Of a stretch of DNA of 64,000 nucleotides, positions 33,118 through 41,988 are shown in pieces; the first letter of the stretch is position 1; each line of letters begins with the position of its first letter. Location of the stretch: positions 1,009,432-1,073,431 of the forward strand of contig JAHPZH010000001.1 of NCBI GenBank assembly GCA_019058315.1, given 5' to 3'. The position numbers and the translations under genes were made by a program. A model generated the notes under the pieces. The model did not search any database. It saw nothing but the letters and a program-made list of their open reading frames with translations, and had not been told where the DNA came from. This stretch comes from Candidatus Helarchaeota archaeon. GTDB taxonomy: Archaea; Asgardarchaeota; Lokiarchaeia; Helarchaeales; RDOG01.

Positions 33118-33339
33118 AATCAATCCCTCTTGGAGGTAATATGAGTGAGCAGGTCATCTAGTTTAAAGTTAGAAAAATTCAGATTGTGGTCTTTTATTTC
33201 ATAAACCAACTTAACATATCCGGATATTGTTAAATAATTGATTAAATCTAGCTAAATTCTCATAATTTAAACTAAAATGCCTGTTCTATTTTTCAATTTC
33301 AATAAATTCACTAAAGAATTAAACTAAATAAATTATGAC

Positions 33340-33360
33340 TCTATATATAAACCTTATCGA
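33340..33360 (-). promoter_or_regulatory. Possible archaeal TATA box (TTTATATATA) upstream of the giant gene
   Basis: The minus strand reads CGATAAGGTTTATATATAG ~225 nt upstream of the ATG, in a 650-bp AT-rich intergenic region. AT richness makes chance matches likely. Confidence 0.25.
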
Positions 33361-33768
33361 AATTTATTAAATAGAAATAAGAATGGTAACATTCGAGATT
33401 AGAAGAATTTAACGAGTAATTTATTTTATCCAAAATTGGAATGGACGAAAATCTTATATTATCGCTCGATAATATAATCTATGGCCCAAACTTACTGAAA
33501 TAGGAGTAAATAATATATTTAATATTTTTTCAAAAATCATATATGCATTCTTGGGTTAAGATATATACTATATTTTCTGAAATCGAGATTTTATTACTGG
33601 AATCTTCTATTTTTATCCCTTTTTTTATTATTTTGAATTCTATGAATTTTATTGATCAATAAAAAAAATCACTATCGTAGAATTGTTGAACACAAAAAAA
33701 GTTTTTATTTGTATTTTAATTTAATCTAAAAAAATAGAAATTAGATTTTAAGGAAATTATTGAGCTAA

Positions 33769-34095
33769 TTAATAGCACAGGAATATAATAGCACCCACTA
33801 TAAAAACAATCCAAGGAATAAAAGTAGGTTGACTAATATTTAAGTTATGTAGAATCCAATAACCGCTTGCTATTGCTATGATGGCACCTATCACTAATGC
33901 AGCGGTTGTATCTTCGCTTTCATGCCCTATAGCACCTATAATCAATGCTAACACCGCAATACCAATTAATATCAATGCAAATAATCTATTGTTAAATCCA
34001 GATGAACGTATTCCTGCTGCTAGGTATGAAATCCCAATATTTATTCCCATAAATATCTTAGCTGCAGTTTTTGCTCCTGACATTTTAAAAGGCAT
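33769..34095 (-). CDS. Small multi-pass membrane protein, hypothetical
   Basis: 108 aa with 3-4 hydrophobic Gly/Ala/Ile-rich segments and AT-rich flanks. It is co-oriented with, and upstream of, the giant gene. Confidence 0.7.
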   Translation of the reverse strand: MPFKMSGAKTAAKIFMGINIGISYLAAGIRSSGFNNRLFALILIGIAVLALIIGAIGHESEDTTAALVIGAIIAIASGYWILHNLNISQPTFIPWIVFIVGAIIFLCY

Positions 34096-34319
34096 CTCCT
34101 TTTTTTTTTTTAAAATTAAAATGTTATTAGTATAGATTTTTTAAACTTAAATAAAAACATATAAAATTTTTATTATCAAGGAATTAATTCCTTATTTTCT
34201 AAAATATTGTCAGAAACTTAATTAATTATAGCGATTGATGATAAATTAACAAAAAAACCTATACTAGAGAATTAAATATAATTTAAAAATAATTAATAAA
34301 AGTTATGATGTGATATCTA

Positions 34320-35555
34320 ATGGTCCAAGTTTTTAAGGTCCCATGGGCAGCTTGGAGAGACCCAGAATTCTTAGAACTAACTTTTCCAGATTCTTGGGAT
34401 GTAAATTTATGCAATATGAATGGTGGAAGAGAATTAACTGATGATGAAATTAAAAACGCCTTATTAAGTCCAATAAATTCCCCAAAATTATCCCAATTAG
34501 CAAAAGGAAAAGAAAACGCAGTGATTGTTGTAGATGATATGACCAGGGTTACTCCAGTTTCAAGAATTATTCCCCATGTTCTTAAAGAGTTGGAATATGC
34601 GGAACTAACGAGGGATAAAATTACAATCTTATTAGCTTTGGGTGCTCATAGACCAATGAATCGGCATGATTGTATTCTAAAATTAGGAAGAGATATAGTA
34701 GATACAATCAATATTGAAAATCACCATCCTTATGAAAATTTAACAAATTTTGGTGAATCAAAAATAGGTACACCTATAGATGTTAATACAACTTATTGTA
34801 AAGCTGATTTAAAAATCTCTTTAGGGGGTGTTATACCACATCCATTAGCAGGTTTTGGTGGTGGAGCTAAAATTGTTTTACCAGGAGTATGTGGGATTCG
34901 AACTCTTGAAGCAAATCATTCTGCTGGAATGAGGGGTGTGAGTGTTGGAATTGGTAGGATGACTGGAATAAGGAAGGATATTGAAGATATTGCAGAGAAA
35001 GTTGGTTTAGATTTTTCTATTAATGTAATAATGAATGAACATGGGGGAATTGTAGGATTGACATCTGGTCATTTTAGAGATGCCCATCAAAAAGCAATGG
35101 AAATGGCTACACAAGTATATAGCACAAAAATTACTCTAAATAATCAAGTCTGCTTTTTTAATTTATATCCAGAAGATTCAGAATTAAGTCAATCTATAAA
35201 AGGATTTAATTTTTTAATGACTACATCAGGAAAAATTTTAGGTAGAAGAGATACAATTGTATTAATGTCTTCCTCATATGAAGGTCGTGGATACCACAGT
35301 CTTATAGCTGAAACTGGAGCAAAATTATATTCTAATTTGGGAGATAGCATTATTTGGAAGGCTTTTATAAATAAAAGAAGAGTTTATTTTTTCTCACCTA
35401 ATATAAGTGAGGCGGATTTATATCATTTCTATCCAAAATCTGTAAAATTATTTAATAATTGGGATGAATTAATACAAGACCTAACTTCCATTTATGGAGA
35501 ATCCCCTAAAGCATCAATATTTCCTTGCAGTATTCAATTAGCCTTACGAGAATAA
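34320..35555 (+). CDS. larA: LarA-family (DUF2088) nickel-pincer-dependent racemase/epimerase
   Basis: Motifs VVDDMTRVTP, ALGAHRPM, PHPLAGFGGGAKIVLPGV and EANH. The substrate cannot be determined. Confidence 0.8.
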   Translation: MVQVFKVPWAAWRDPEFLELTFPDSWDVNLCNMNGGRELTDDEIKNALLSPINSPKLSQLAKGKENAVIVVDDMTRVTPVSRIIPHVLKELEYAELTRDKITILLALGAHRPMNRHDCILKLGRDIVDTINIENHHPYENLTNFGESKIGTPIDVNTTYCKADLKISLGGVIPHPLAGFGGGAKIVLPGVCGIRTLEANHSAGMRGVSVGIGRMTGIRKDIEDIAEKVGLDFSINVIMNEHGGIVGLTSGHFRDAHQKAMEMATQVYSTKITLNNQVCFFNLYPEDSELSQSIKGFNFLMTTSGKILGRRDTIVLMSSSYEGRGYHSLIAETGAKLYSNLGDSIIWKAFINKRRVYFFSPNISEADLYHFYPKSVKLFNNWDELIQDLTSIYGESPKASIFPCSIQLALRE

Positions 35556-35599
35556 AGAGAACTTGTTAATGAATACTCATATCATTGATTTATCAATTT

Positions 35600-35902
35600 C
35601 TAAATTGGCAAAGGAAGCGGTGAATCGAGTTCCATTTCAGTTAATTCTAGTCTCAGCTTTATACTTTCAAGCTTTTGATCTTTAATTGATAATTGTTCTT
35701 CAAGATATTCTATTCTAGATTTTAGTGCAGGAAAAATCGTTTCTTTAATCATTTCTAGAATTAAGGTTTTAGATTCTAATTCTTTAGTTATATCTTTTTT
35801 ATTTACTTTATCGCTAGTAATATCTTTTTTTTCATTTACAGAACGTTTATTTGAATCATTTGGAATTTCATCCTTTGTTTTTTCTTGTATTCTTTTTGAC
35901 AA
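35600..35902 (-). CDS. Hypothetical protein with C-terminal coiled coil
   Basis: 100 aa, TTG start, heptad-like LKSRIEYLEEQLSIKDQKLESIKLRLEL. Confidence 0.65.
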   Translation of the reverse strand: MSKRIQEKTKDEIPNDSNKRSVNEKKDITSDKVNKKDITKELESKTLILEMIKETIFPALKSRIEYLEEQLSIKDQKLESIKLRLELTEMELDSPLPLPI

Positions 35903-36180
35903 TTCCCACTAACCTATTTCGTAATCAAATAAATTATATAATCTAATAAATAAAATCCGATAAAATACATATATTAAATTTAGTGTGATAAAGAAGAGGT
36001 AAGATTAGATATTGGTTGTTTACAAAATTAATGGTCTGAATTATTTTACTTATTTAATTATTTTATTCTATATACTCTATTAAAATCTAAAAATATTTTT
36101 AAATAAAAATAAGGAATAATTATAAAATAAAATAAAATGACAAGTTTTTTAATTATAAAGGTTAGTAAATATAAAAAAAA

Positions 36181-37110
36181 TCAAGTTTTAATTTTCTTCT
36201 TTTTTTGTTCATCTAAAATTTTCTTTAATTCTTTCATTTGATCCTCAACACTACCTAACTTTTTAATTTCTTCTTCTATTGCCATATCATCAGTGCTTAC
36301 ACTACTTTTTGAAGTGGATAAAGGACTTGGTGTAAGTGGTTTAGGTGAACTCTTAACCGGAATAGAATATGGTTTTGATGGCTCTTTAACAGGAGATACA
36401 AAAGGTTTAATTGGCTGAGGAACACCTTTAGGTAAGGAAGCAAGCTTGTCAGAGGGAATAGATCCCTTAGATGGAAGAGTCGGGGCCTTCACTGGAGGAC
36501 CTTTAGTAGGTGCCTTCATTGGAGGACCTTTAGTTGGTAACCTCGTTGGAGGACCTTTAGTAGGTGCCTTCATTGGAGGACCTTTAGTTGGTGCCTTCAT
36601 TGGAGGACCTTTAGTTGGTAACCTCGTTGGAGGACCTTTAGTTGGAGGAACCGCAGGAGTAGGTGCTTTAGTTGGAGGAGGTGGGCCTTTAACTGGGAGT
36701 GAAATAGGTTTAGCAGGTGTAAATGGCTGTTTAGGAACAGGTACTGTTGTGTCACCCGTAGCTGGAACTGCTTGAGCAACCTCAATAGGTTGGCTAAATT
36801 CTCTTAAAATAAGTTGAGGAGCCAATAATAAGTCGCTTATAAACTCCTGAATTTGTTCAGGATTCGCCACAACTCCCGTAGTAGTGCTTGTTTGAGTGAT
36901 CCTAGCTTTTAAGAATTCAAGCTTCTCTGTAAATTCTGTTTTTATACTCTCATCATCGATTTTATCTGAAATTTCTATTATTTCTTTAAAATGTTGCATA
37001 AGAAGGAGATAATCTTCATTTTTTAAGGCGGTTTCGGATTCTTTCATAAGATCCATACGTCTTTTCTTTAAGACCTTTAATTCCTTTGGACTTATATATT
37101 TAAACGACAA
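36181..37110 (-). CDS. Proline-rich repeat protein with helical (MIT-like) N-terminus and coiled-coil C-terminus
   Basis: 309 aa, TTG start after GGGAG. Helical N-terminus, PTKGPP repeats and a charged C-terminal helix. Confidence 0.85.
   Translation of the reverse strand: MSFKYISPKELKVLKKRRMDLMKESETALKNEDYLLLMQHFKEIIEISDKIDDESIKTEFTEKLEFLKARITQTSTTTGVVANPEQIQEFISDLLLAPQLILREFSQPIEVAQAVPATGDTTVPVPKQPFTPAKPISLPVKGPPPPTKAPTPAVPPTKGPPTRLPTKGPPMKAPTKGPPMKAPTKGPPTRLPTKGPPMKAPTKGPPVKAPTLPSKGSIPSDKLASLPKGVPQPIKPFVSPVKEPSKPYSIPVKSSPKPLTPSPLSTSKSSVSTDDMAIEEEIKKLGSVEDQMKELKKILDEQKKKKIKT
36485..36647 (-). repeat. 27-bp coding tandem repeat x6 (PTKGPP[MKA/TRL/VKA])
   Basis: ggaggacctttagt recurs at 36494, 36521, 36548, 36575, 36602 and 36629. 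Confidence 0.95.
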
Positions 37111-37411
37111 GATTTTACTCCCAGTAAGTCTAAATAAGAATAGTCATATAAAATCTCGCTTTAATCGGACATGTTATTTTTACTTATTTATCAAATATTA
37201 TGAATTACTATTATTTTATTATAATTTTTAGTTTAAATAACTTGTTTTATTTTATTTAATATTTATTATTTAAAGGATAGAAATAATGGAATTTATTACA
37301 AGTATTTTAAATATAAGATATAAAAAAAAATGATTTTTTGATAGTAAATGAATTTTTAATTTATACATTAAATTTAAATTAAAATTTAAAAGAAATTTCA
37401 AGCGAATATTA

Positions 37412-38227
37412 TTATTTCTTCATTTTTTTAGTAGTTTTTTTACTTTTTTTCTTATTAGTCTTTCGTTTAGACTTTTTAATTGTTTTAGGTTTTGATTTTG
37501 TTTTTTTAGGTTTGTCTATTTCTTTTATTTCCAATGGTTTTTCTTTCTCTATTATTTTTTTTGGTTTATCTTCTATCTTTTCATTTTTTTCAATTTCCAT
37601 TGATTTTTTGGGTTCTTCTTTTTCATCAGATACTATTTTATGAATTTTATCTGTTTTTGCATACACTTCGTCTTGAAAAAGTGGAATTGATCCAGACATT
37701 TTGAATGAAGTAACCATACCGTAATCATCAATATAAAACCGTGGCTTTCCTGCTATTTCCTCGACTTCTCGGGGTCTCGTTAGTCTTTCTACTGTTTCTT
37801 TTCTAGATTTCTGTTCTGCCTCAATAATTAATTGTGCTGCAAGATCTTTTATTGAACCAAAAGCCAGTTCCCCAATTTCATCTAGATTCATGTCTGGTTT
37901 GAATATAACTTCTTTTACTGGAATTTTACCAGCATTTTCCTTAATTAATTTTCTATATTTTTTTATATTCTTTTTACTTTTCTTGATCATTACTATAATT
38001 GCGCCATTTGCAGTTTTAAGACTATGTGAAACCAAAATCGGAGACATTGAATCTTCATGAGGTTGCCAATAGACGAGTGCTGCAACTCTAGAGATTTTAC
38101 TTTGATGAAATTCGACACCATCAACTCTACCATGTGTTTCTGCGATAACATTTAAAAATTTCGAATTAAGTTCATCATTTGGTCCTACTACCGCGATATT
38201 AAATGAATAAGTTCCCTCTATTTCCAA
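37412..38227 (-). CDS. Degenerate Rab/Ras-like small-GTPase-fold protein with Lys-rich tail
   Basis: FNIAVVGP (beta1/G1 position), DGVEF (G2 position), LVYW (G3 position), TANGAIIV and AGKIPV follow the Rab order of motifs, but GKT/DxxG/NKxD are absent. K-rich C-terminus. Confidence 0.7.
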   Translation of the reverse strand: MEIEGTYSFNIAVVGPNDELNSKFLNVIAETHGRVDGVEFHQSKISRVAALVYWQPHEDSMSPILVSHSLKTANGAIIVMIKKSKKNIKKYRKLIKENAGKIPVKEVIFKPDMNLDEIGELAFGSIKDLAAQLIIEAEQKSRKETVERLTRPREVEEIAGKPRFYIDDYGMVTSFKMSGSIPLFQDEVYAKTDKIHKIVSDEKEEPKKSMEIEKNEKIEDKPKKIIEKEKPLEIKEIDKPKKTKSKPKTIKKSKRKTNKKKSKKTTKKMKK

Positions 38228-38302
38228 ATTTCAAATCTCCTTTTTTATTATATGATTAAAGAATTATAAAAAATTTTTTGATGTAATATTTTTTTATGAT
38301 AA

Positions 38303-38653
38303 TTAATCGATTGGAATATCAACTCCTTCTTCGTCAACTTCACTTTCAATAACTTTCTCTTCTGAAGTTGCCTCTAATTTAGTACATCCTTTTATATGGA
38401 GAATATTTAAATCATTTTTCTTTTCAATTATTGGCTTTTTTAGCAAAATGAAGGTAGAGATTAATCTACTTGTTTTTATTTTAAAAATCTCAAAAATTTT
38501 AGTATTTGATAAGTAATCAGTAATCATACCTAAAAAATTCAGACCAAGGACTTTTTTTACTTCATTTTCTATATCATTTCTGAGATTTAACATCCTTTTA
38601 TCCAAAAAATCTTTCATAGCTGTTCTATAACAATCACATTCTTTTACTTTCAA
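38303..38653 (-). CDS. Hypothetical protein
   Basis: 116-aa ORF between AT-rich spacers, TTG start, acidic C-terminus. Confidence 0.6.
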   Translation of the reverse strand: MKVKECDCYRTAMKDFLDKRMLNLRNDIENEVKKVLGLNFLGMITDYLSNTKIFEIFKIKTSRLISTFILLKKPIIEKKNDLNILHIKGCTKLEATSEEKVIESEVDEEGVDIPID

Positions 38654-38804
38654 TCTATTTCACATTTTTTAATTACTAATTTAATTTAAATCTGGTCTTT
38701 GCTTAAAAATAATATAGAAATTTAACATAAAAAAACTATATATTCTTTTAATATTATGTTTTGGAATATAATCTATAAGTCTAAATTAAAATGAGGACTT
38801 ACCT

Positions 38805-40424
38805 ATGTCAAAAAAAACAAAAAGAGCTCCCTATTATGGTCATATTTCTCAAAGTCCTATAAGTCCAAGGAGAAAAAAGAAAAAGTTGGGAATTCCTAAA
38901 TTTGATGTTGCCGATTTATATAGTGGTAGCGCACCAGTCATAATGGAAGAAGAGTCAGAAACTAAAACAATTACTGAAGTTTCGCCTGATGAAAAAGCTC
39001 GTAAAGCATATTATTGGATTGTAAATAATGCGCTTATATCTCCATATTATGATATCGAATTTAGCCAAGCACAACCAGAAATAATCAAATTTACTGGCGC
39101 AGGAACAGAGCTTACCATTCCGACAGAGCACTCATATTCATCTTTTGTGCTTTTACCCATATTAAATTTTATAGTTCGTAAACGGGCGTTATTTATTGGC
39201 GGTCCAGGACGTGGAAAAACAGCATCAGCCATTCTTATGGGGCTTTTAGCAGGATATGATATTACAGATCTTAAGAAAGCAATCCAACATGGGCAACCTC
39301 AAATGACAATTACTGATTTATTAGGCAATCCACTACCAAGAGATCTAATTCGTGCAAAAGAAATGGAAGAAGTTTCGATTGCTTGGAGAAAATGGATTGA
39401 TATGAATGTAAAAATTATTGATGAATATAATAGGATTCCAACTAGGACTCAATCAGCTTTACTTACCTTAATGGCTGATGGCTATGCCGAAATACTTGAT
39501 CAAATAGTTGAATGTGGGGAAAGTGCTTGGTTCTTAACAGCTAATGATGACATTGGAGGTGGGACATACCAGGTTATTGAAGCCTTAAAGGACCGAATCG
39601 ATATCGTAGTAAAAACACTTAATTTTAATTCAAGATTCTTAGATGATTTATTATTTAGAATTGAAAATAAAATAAAAATAGAGGATATCATACCTCCGGA
39701 TATAATATTTTCACAAACTGAACTAGATATAGCATACGATGAAATGCTAGAGGTGACAATTTCAAAACAAATACGAAGACGTCTAGAATTTTTTTGCGCT
39801 CAATTTGATTTTTGTGATCTTGCAAGTAAAATTTTTGATTACAAAAGTAAAGATAATATTCGTTTAGCAGGTAATTCGTTGTCACAAATTTGTAAACAAG
39901 ATTGTGGTAGAGATAAAATAATTAGTGTTTGTTCACAAACTGAAAACGGCTTATCCGTGAGAGTTAGACTTACAATATTGAATTTTGCAAAAGCATTAGC
40001 CTATTTTCGCGGAAATAACGAAGTAGAACTTGAAGATTTACGCCAAATTATTCCGTGGATATTACATGAAAAGTTGATACAAAACCAAACCTCACCTTTC
40101 TTTGATGTTCCTGAAAATCAAATCTATCGCATAGATAAAATTGCATGGATCAAAAATGCGTTTGATATGGCTATGAAAGAATATGAAAGACTAGATCTTG
40201 ATAATAAAGATCCATTAATGGAAATAGAGGAAGAGTTCAATCGTGGTATAGAAGATTTGACACCAATACAAGTTAAACAACGGTTAGTAAAAATTGAAAA
40301 ACTCATTAAAGATTATTCTAAATCCTCTAAATTATTGTCTTATGTCTATGAAGATGTTGTAAAATTGAAATATTTTTACATGCGCTATAGAAATTATTTA
40401 GAATGGTTGGAATGGCAGGATTAA
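38805..40424 (+). CDS. MoxR-family AAA+ ATPase
   Basis: Walker A GGPGRGKT, Walker B KIIDEYNRIPTRTQSALLTLM, sensor LTAND, EALKDRID and the lid motif GLSVR. Confidence 0.92.
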   Translation: MSKKTKRAPYYGHISQSPISPRRKKKKLGIPKFDVADLYSGSAPVIMEEESETKTITEVSPDEKARKAYYWIVNNALISPYYDIEFSQAQPEIIKFTGAGTELTIPTEHSYSSFVLLPILNFIVRKRALFIGGPGRGKTASAILMGLLAGYDITDLKKAIQHGQPQMTITDLLGNPLPRDLIRAKEMEEVSIAWRKWIDMNVKIIDEYNRIPTRTQSALLTLMADGYAEILDQIVECGESAWFLTANDDIGGGTYQVIEALKDRIDIVVKTLNFNSRFLDDLLFRIENKIKIEDIIPPDIIFSQTELDIAYDEMLEVTISKQIRRRLEFFCAQFDFCDLASKIFDYKSKDNIRLAGNSLSQICKQDCGRDKIISVCSQTENGLSVRVRLTILNFAKALAYFRGNNEVELEDLRQIIPWILHEKLIQNQTSPFFDVPENQIYRIDKIAWIKNAFDMAMKEYERLDLDNKDPLMEIEEEFNRGIEDLTPIQVKQRLVKIEKLIKDYSKSSKLLSYVYEDVVKLKYFYMRYRNYLEWLEWQD

Positions 40425-41938
40425 CTGACGAAACTTTAATAAAATTATTAAAGGATAAAAGAGAACAAATTAATAAGAAAGTTGATAAAGCTCAACAAAT
40501 GCAACCTGCATTTGATACTAAGGCGGTAAAATATGCTATTTTAAACGTTATGGAGCCTTTAATTAAAGCCATAAAAAAAATTCAACCCGAAAAAATTGAA
40601 TCTGTTTTTACTAATGTTTTTGATCTTTTACTTTATGCCATTAGCAAATATTATTATGCTCTTCCTGAAAACCAATTTACAAATATTAGGCTAGAAATGT
40701 TATTTGAAAAGATTTTACCTATGTTTCCAGAAATAATTATAGAAAAACCTACTAATTTTATTGGTAAATTATTCAATGCTGGTGAGCATCTTCGAGAAAA
40801 GTCTTCTAATTTTTATAGGGTTCTTATCGACATTTCTGATTATATAAAGTCTGACAATTTTACTGACTATGGACAAGTAGCTGCATGGGCTGTGGGAGAA
40901 ACTCGTCTTCGAAAAAATGCCCTTTCTATTCTTGAGAAATCTCCCCCTGGTTTAATTTTAAAATTGACAAGTTTAAATAATATTCCTAAATCAAAAGAAA
41001 AAAATATTACAACCTATATTATCGAGGCTTTAAAAAACGATAAATGGCGTTCAATCGAAAAACCTTTTTCAAGTAAATTTATAAAATTAATTCAAAATAA
41101 TCAAGAAATCCAAAAAAAAGTTATCGATGAAGAAATATCACAACCTAATCTCTTAAAAGAACGTCCCTTAGTTGTACTTGATGATGTCGGTAATTTTATA
41201 GGTTTTAAAGGGAATTTTAGTTCTCCTCCAAATCTAATTTGGGGATCAAATGGAACGATTATAGCATACACTGAAATAGGGGAGATTGTTTTTATTAATA
41301 TTGAAGGGAATGGATATCGAGAAAAAAGTATACGTCCTAGGGATGTTCGAGTGATAGGTTACAATCCGAGTGTAGGTTTTATTGGAATTAACCGAAAAGG
41401 ACAATTTGTGAACCTATCAAACTTGAAAATTTATTCCGAAAAGATTACAGGTACCAAAAAGTTCTTTGATTATTGTTATTCAATTTCAACTTCGGATTAT
41501 ATTTATTTCATACTTAAAGATAAAGAAATTTATAGATTAGATTCAGAGAATGTTAAAAAATTTGTTTTCAAAGGCAAGACCGATAATTTAACAGTGTCTA
41601 CAGACGATAGATTTTTCTTTATTAATATTGAAAAGACCGAAACAAAAAGATATAATTATAATCTTTCAGAACTATCATCAACAAGAAAATCTAAAAAAAT
41701 AATGAAAATAAAATCTAATGGTCTTCTTAGAGTGAATCCTCCTTATGTATATATTCTAGATGAACCAAATAAACTTTTAATTTATGATTTAAAGAATAAT
41801 TCCTTGGTAAAATCACAAAATTTGCCTCTAAAAATAACTAATTGTTCTTCATTTTTGATAAACGAAAGAGAAATTTATATAACTACAAAATTTAGTCATC
41901 ATATAATTTGTATCGGGTCAAATCCTTATTTATCTTAA
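40403..41938 (+). CDS. MoxR-operon accessory protein (helical N-terminus, beta-rich C-terminus)
   Basis: 511 aa overlapping the AAA stop (the true start may be 40412). Contains VAAWAVGETRLRKNAL and VGNFIGFKGNFSSPP, with short beta-strand repeats at the C-terminus. Confidence 0.8.
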   Translation: MVGMAGLTDETLIKLLKDKREQINKKVDKAQQMQPAFDTKAVKYAILNVMEPLIKAIKKIQPEKIESVFTNVFDLLLYAISKYYYALPENQFTNIRLEMLFEKILPMFPEIIIEKPTNFIGKLFNAGEHLREKSSNFYRVLIDISDYIKSDNFTDYGQVAAWAVGETRLRKNALSILEKSPPGLILKLTSLNNIPKSKEKNITTYIIEALKNDKWRSIEKPFSSKFIKLIQNNQEIQKKVIDEEISQPNLLKERPLVVLDDVGNFIGFKGNFSSPPNLIWGSNGTIIAYTEIGEIVFINIEGNGYREKSIRPRDVRVIGYNPSVGFIGINRKGQFVNLSNLKIYSEKITGTKKFFDYCYSISTSDYIYFILKDKEIYRLDSENVKKFVFKGKTDNLTVSTDDRFFFINIEKTETKRYNYNLSELSSTRKSKKIMKIKSNGLLRVNPPYVYILDEPNKLLIYDLKNNSLVKSQNLPLKITNCSSFLINEREIYITTKFSHHIICIGSNPYLS

Positions 41939-41988
41939 GAGAAATTAATATAAATTCAAAGTTTAAGGATTTTTGAAGGTTATCATCT

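Noticed and set aside
659-33139. About 40 short ORFs (mostly plus strand) listed by the track across the first 33 kb
   Set aside because: They are antisense or off-frame shadows of the giant minus-strand gene. Their recurring 'PVSVS' text mirrors the TETG motif.
33878-34135. 85-aa plus-strand ORF
   Set aside because: Antisense to the more convincing membrane-protein gene 33769-34095.
36446-36785. Gly-rich 'GGPLVG' ORF on the plus strand and a short off-frame ORF
   Set aside because: Antisense or off-frame reading of the PTKGPP repeat gene.
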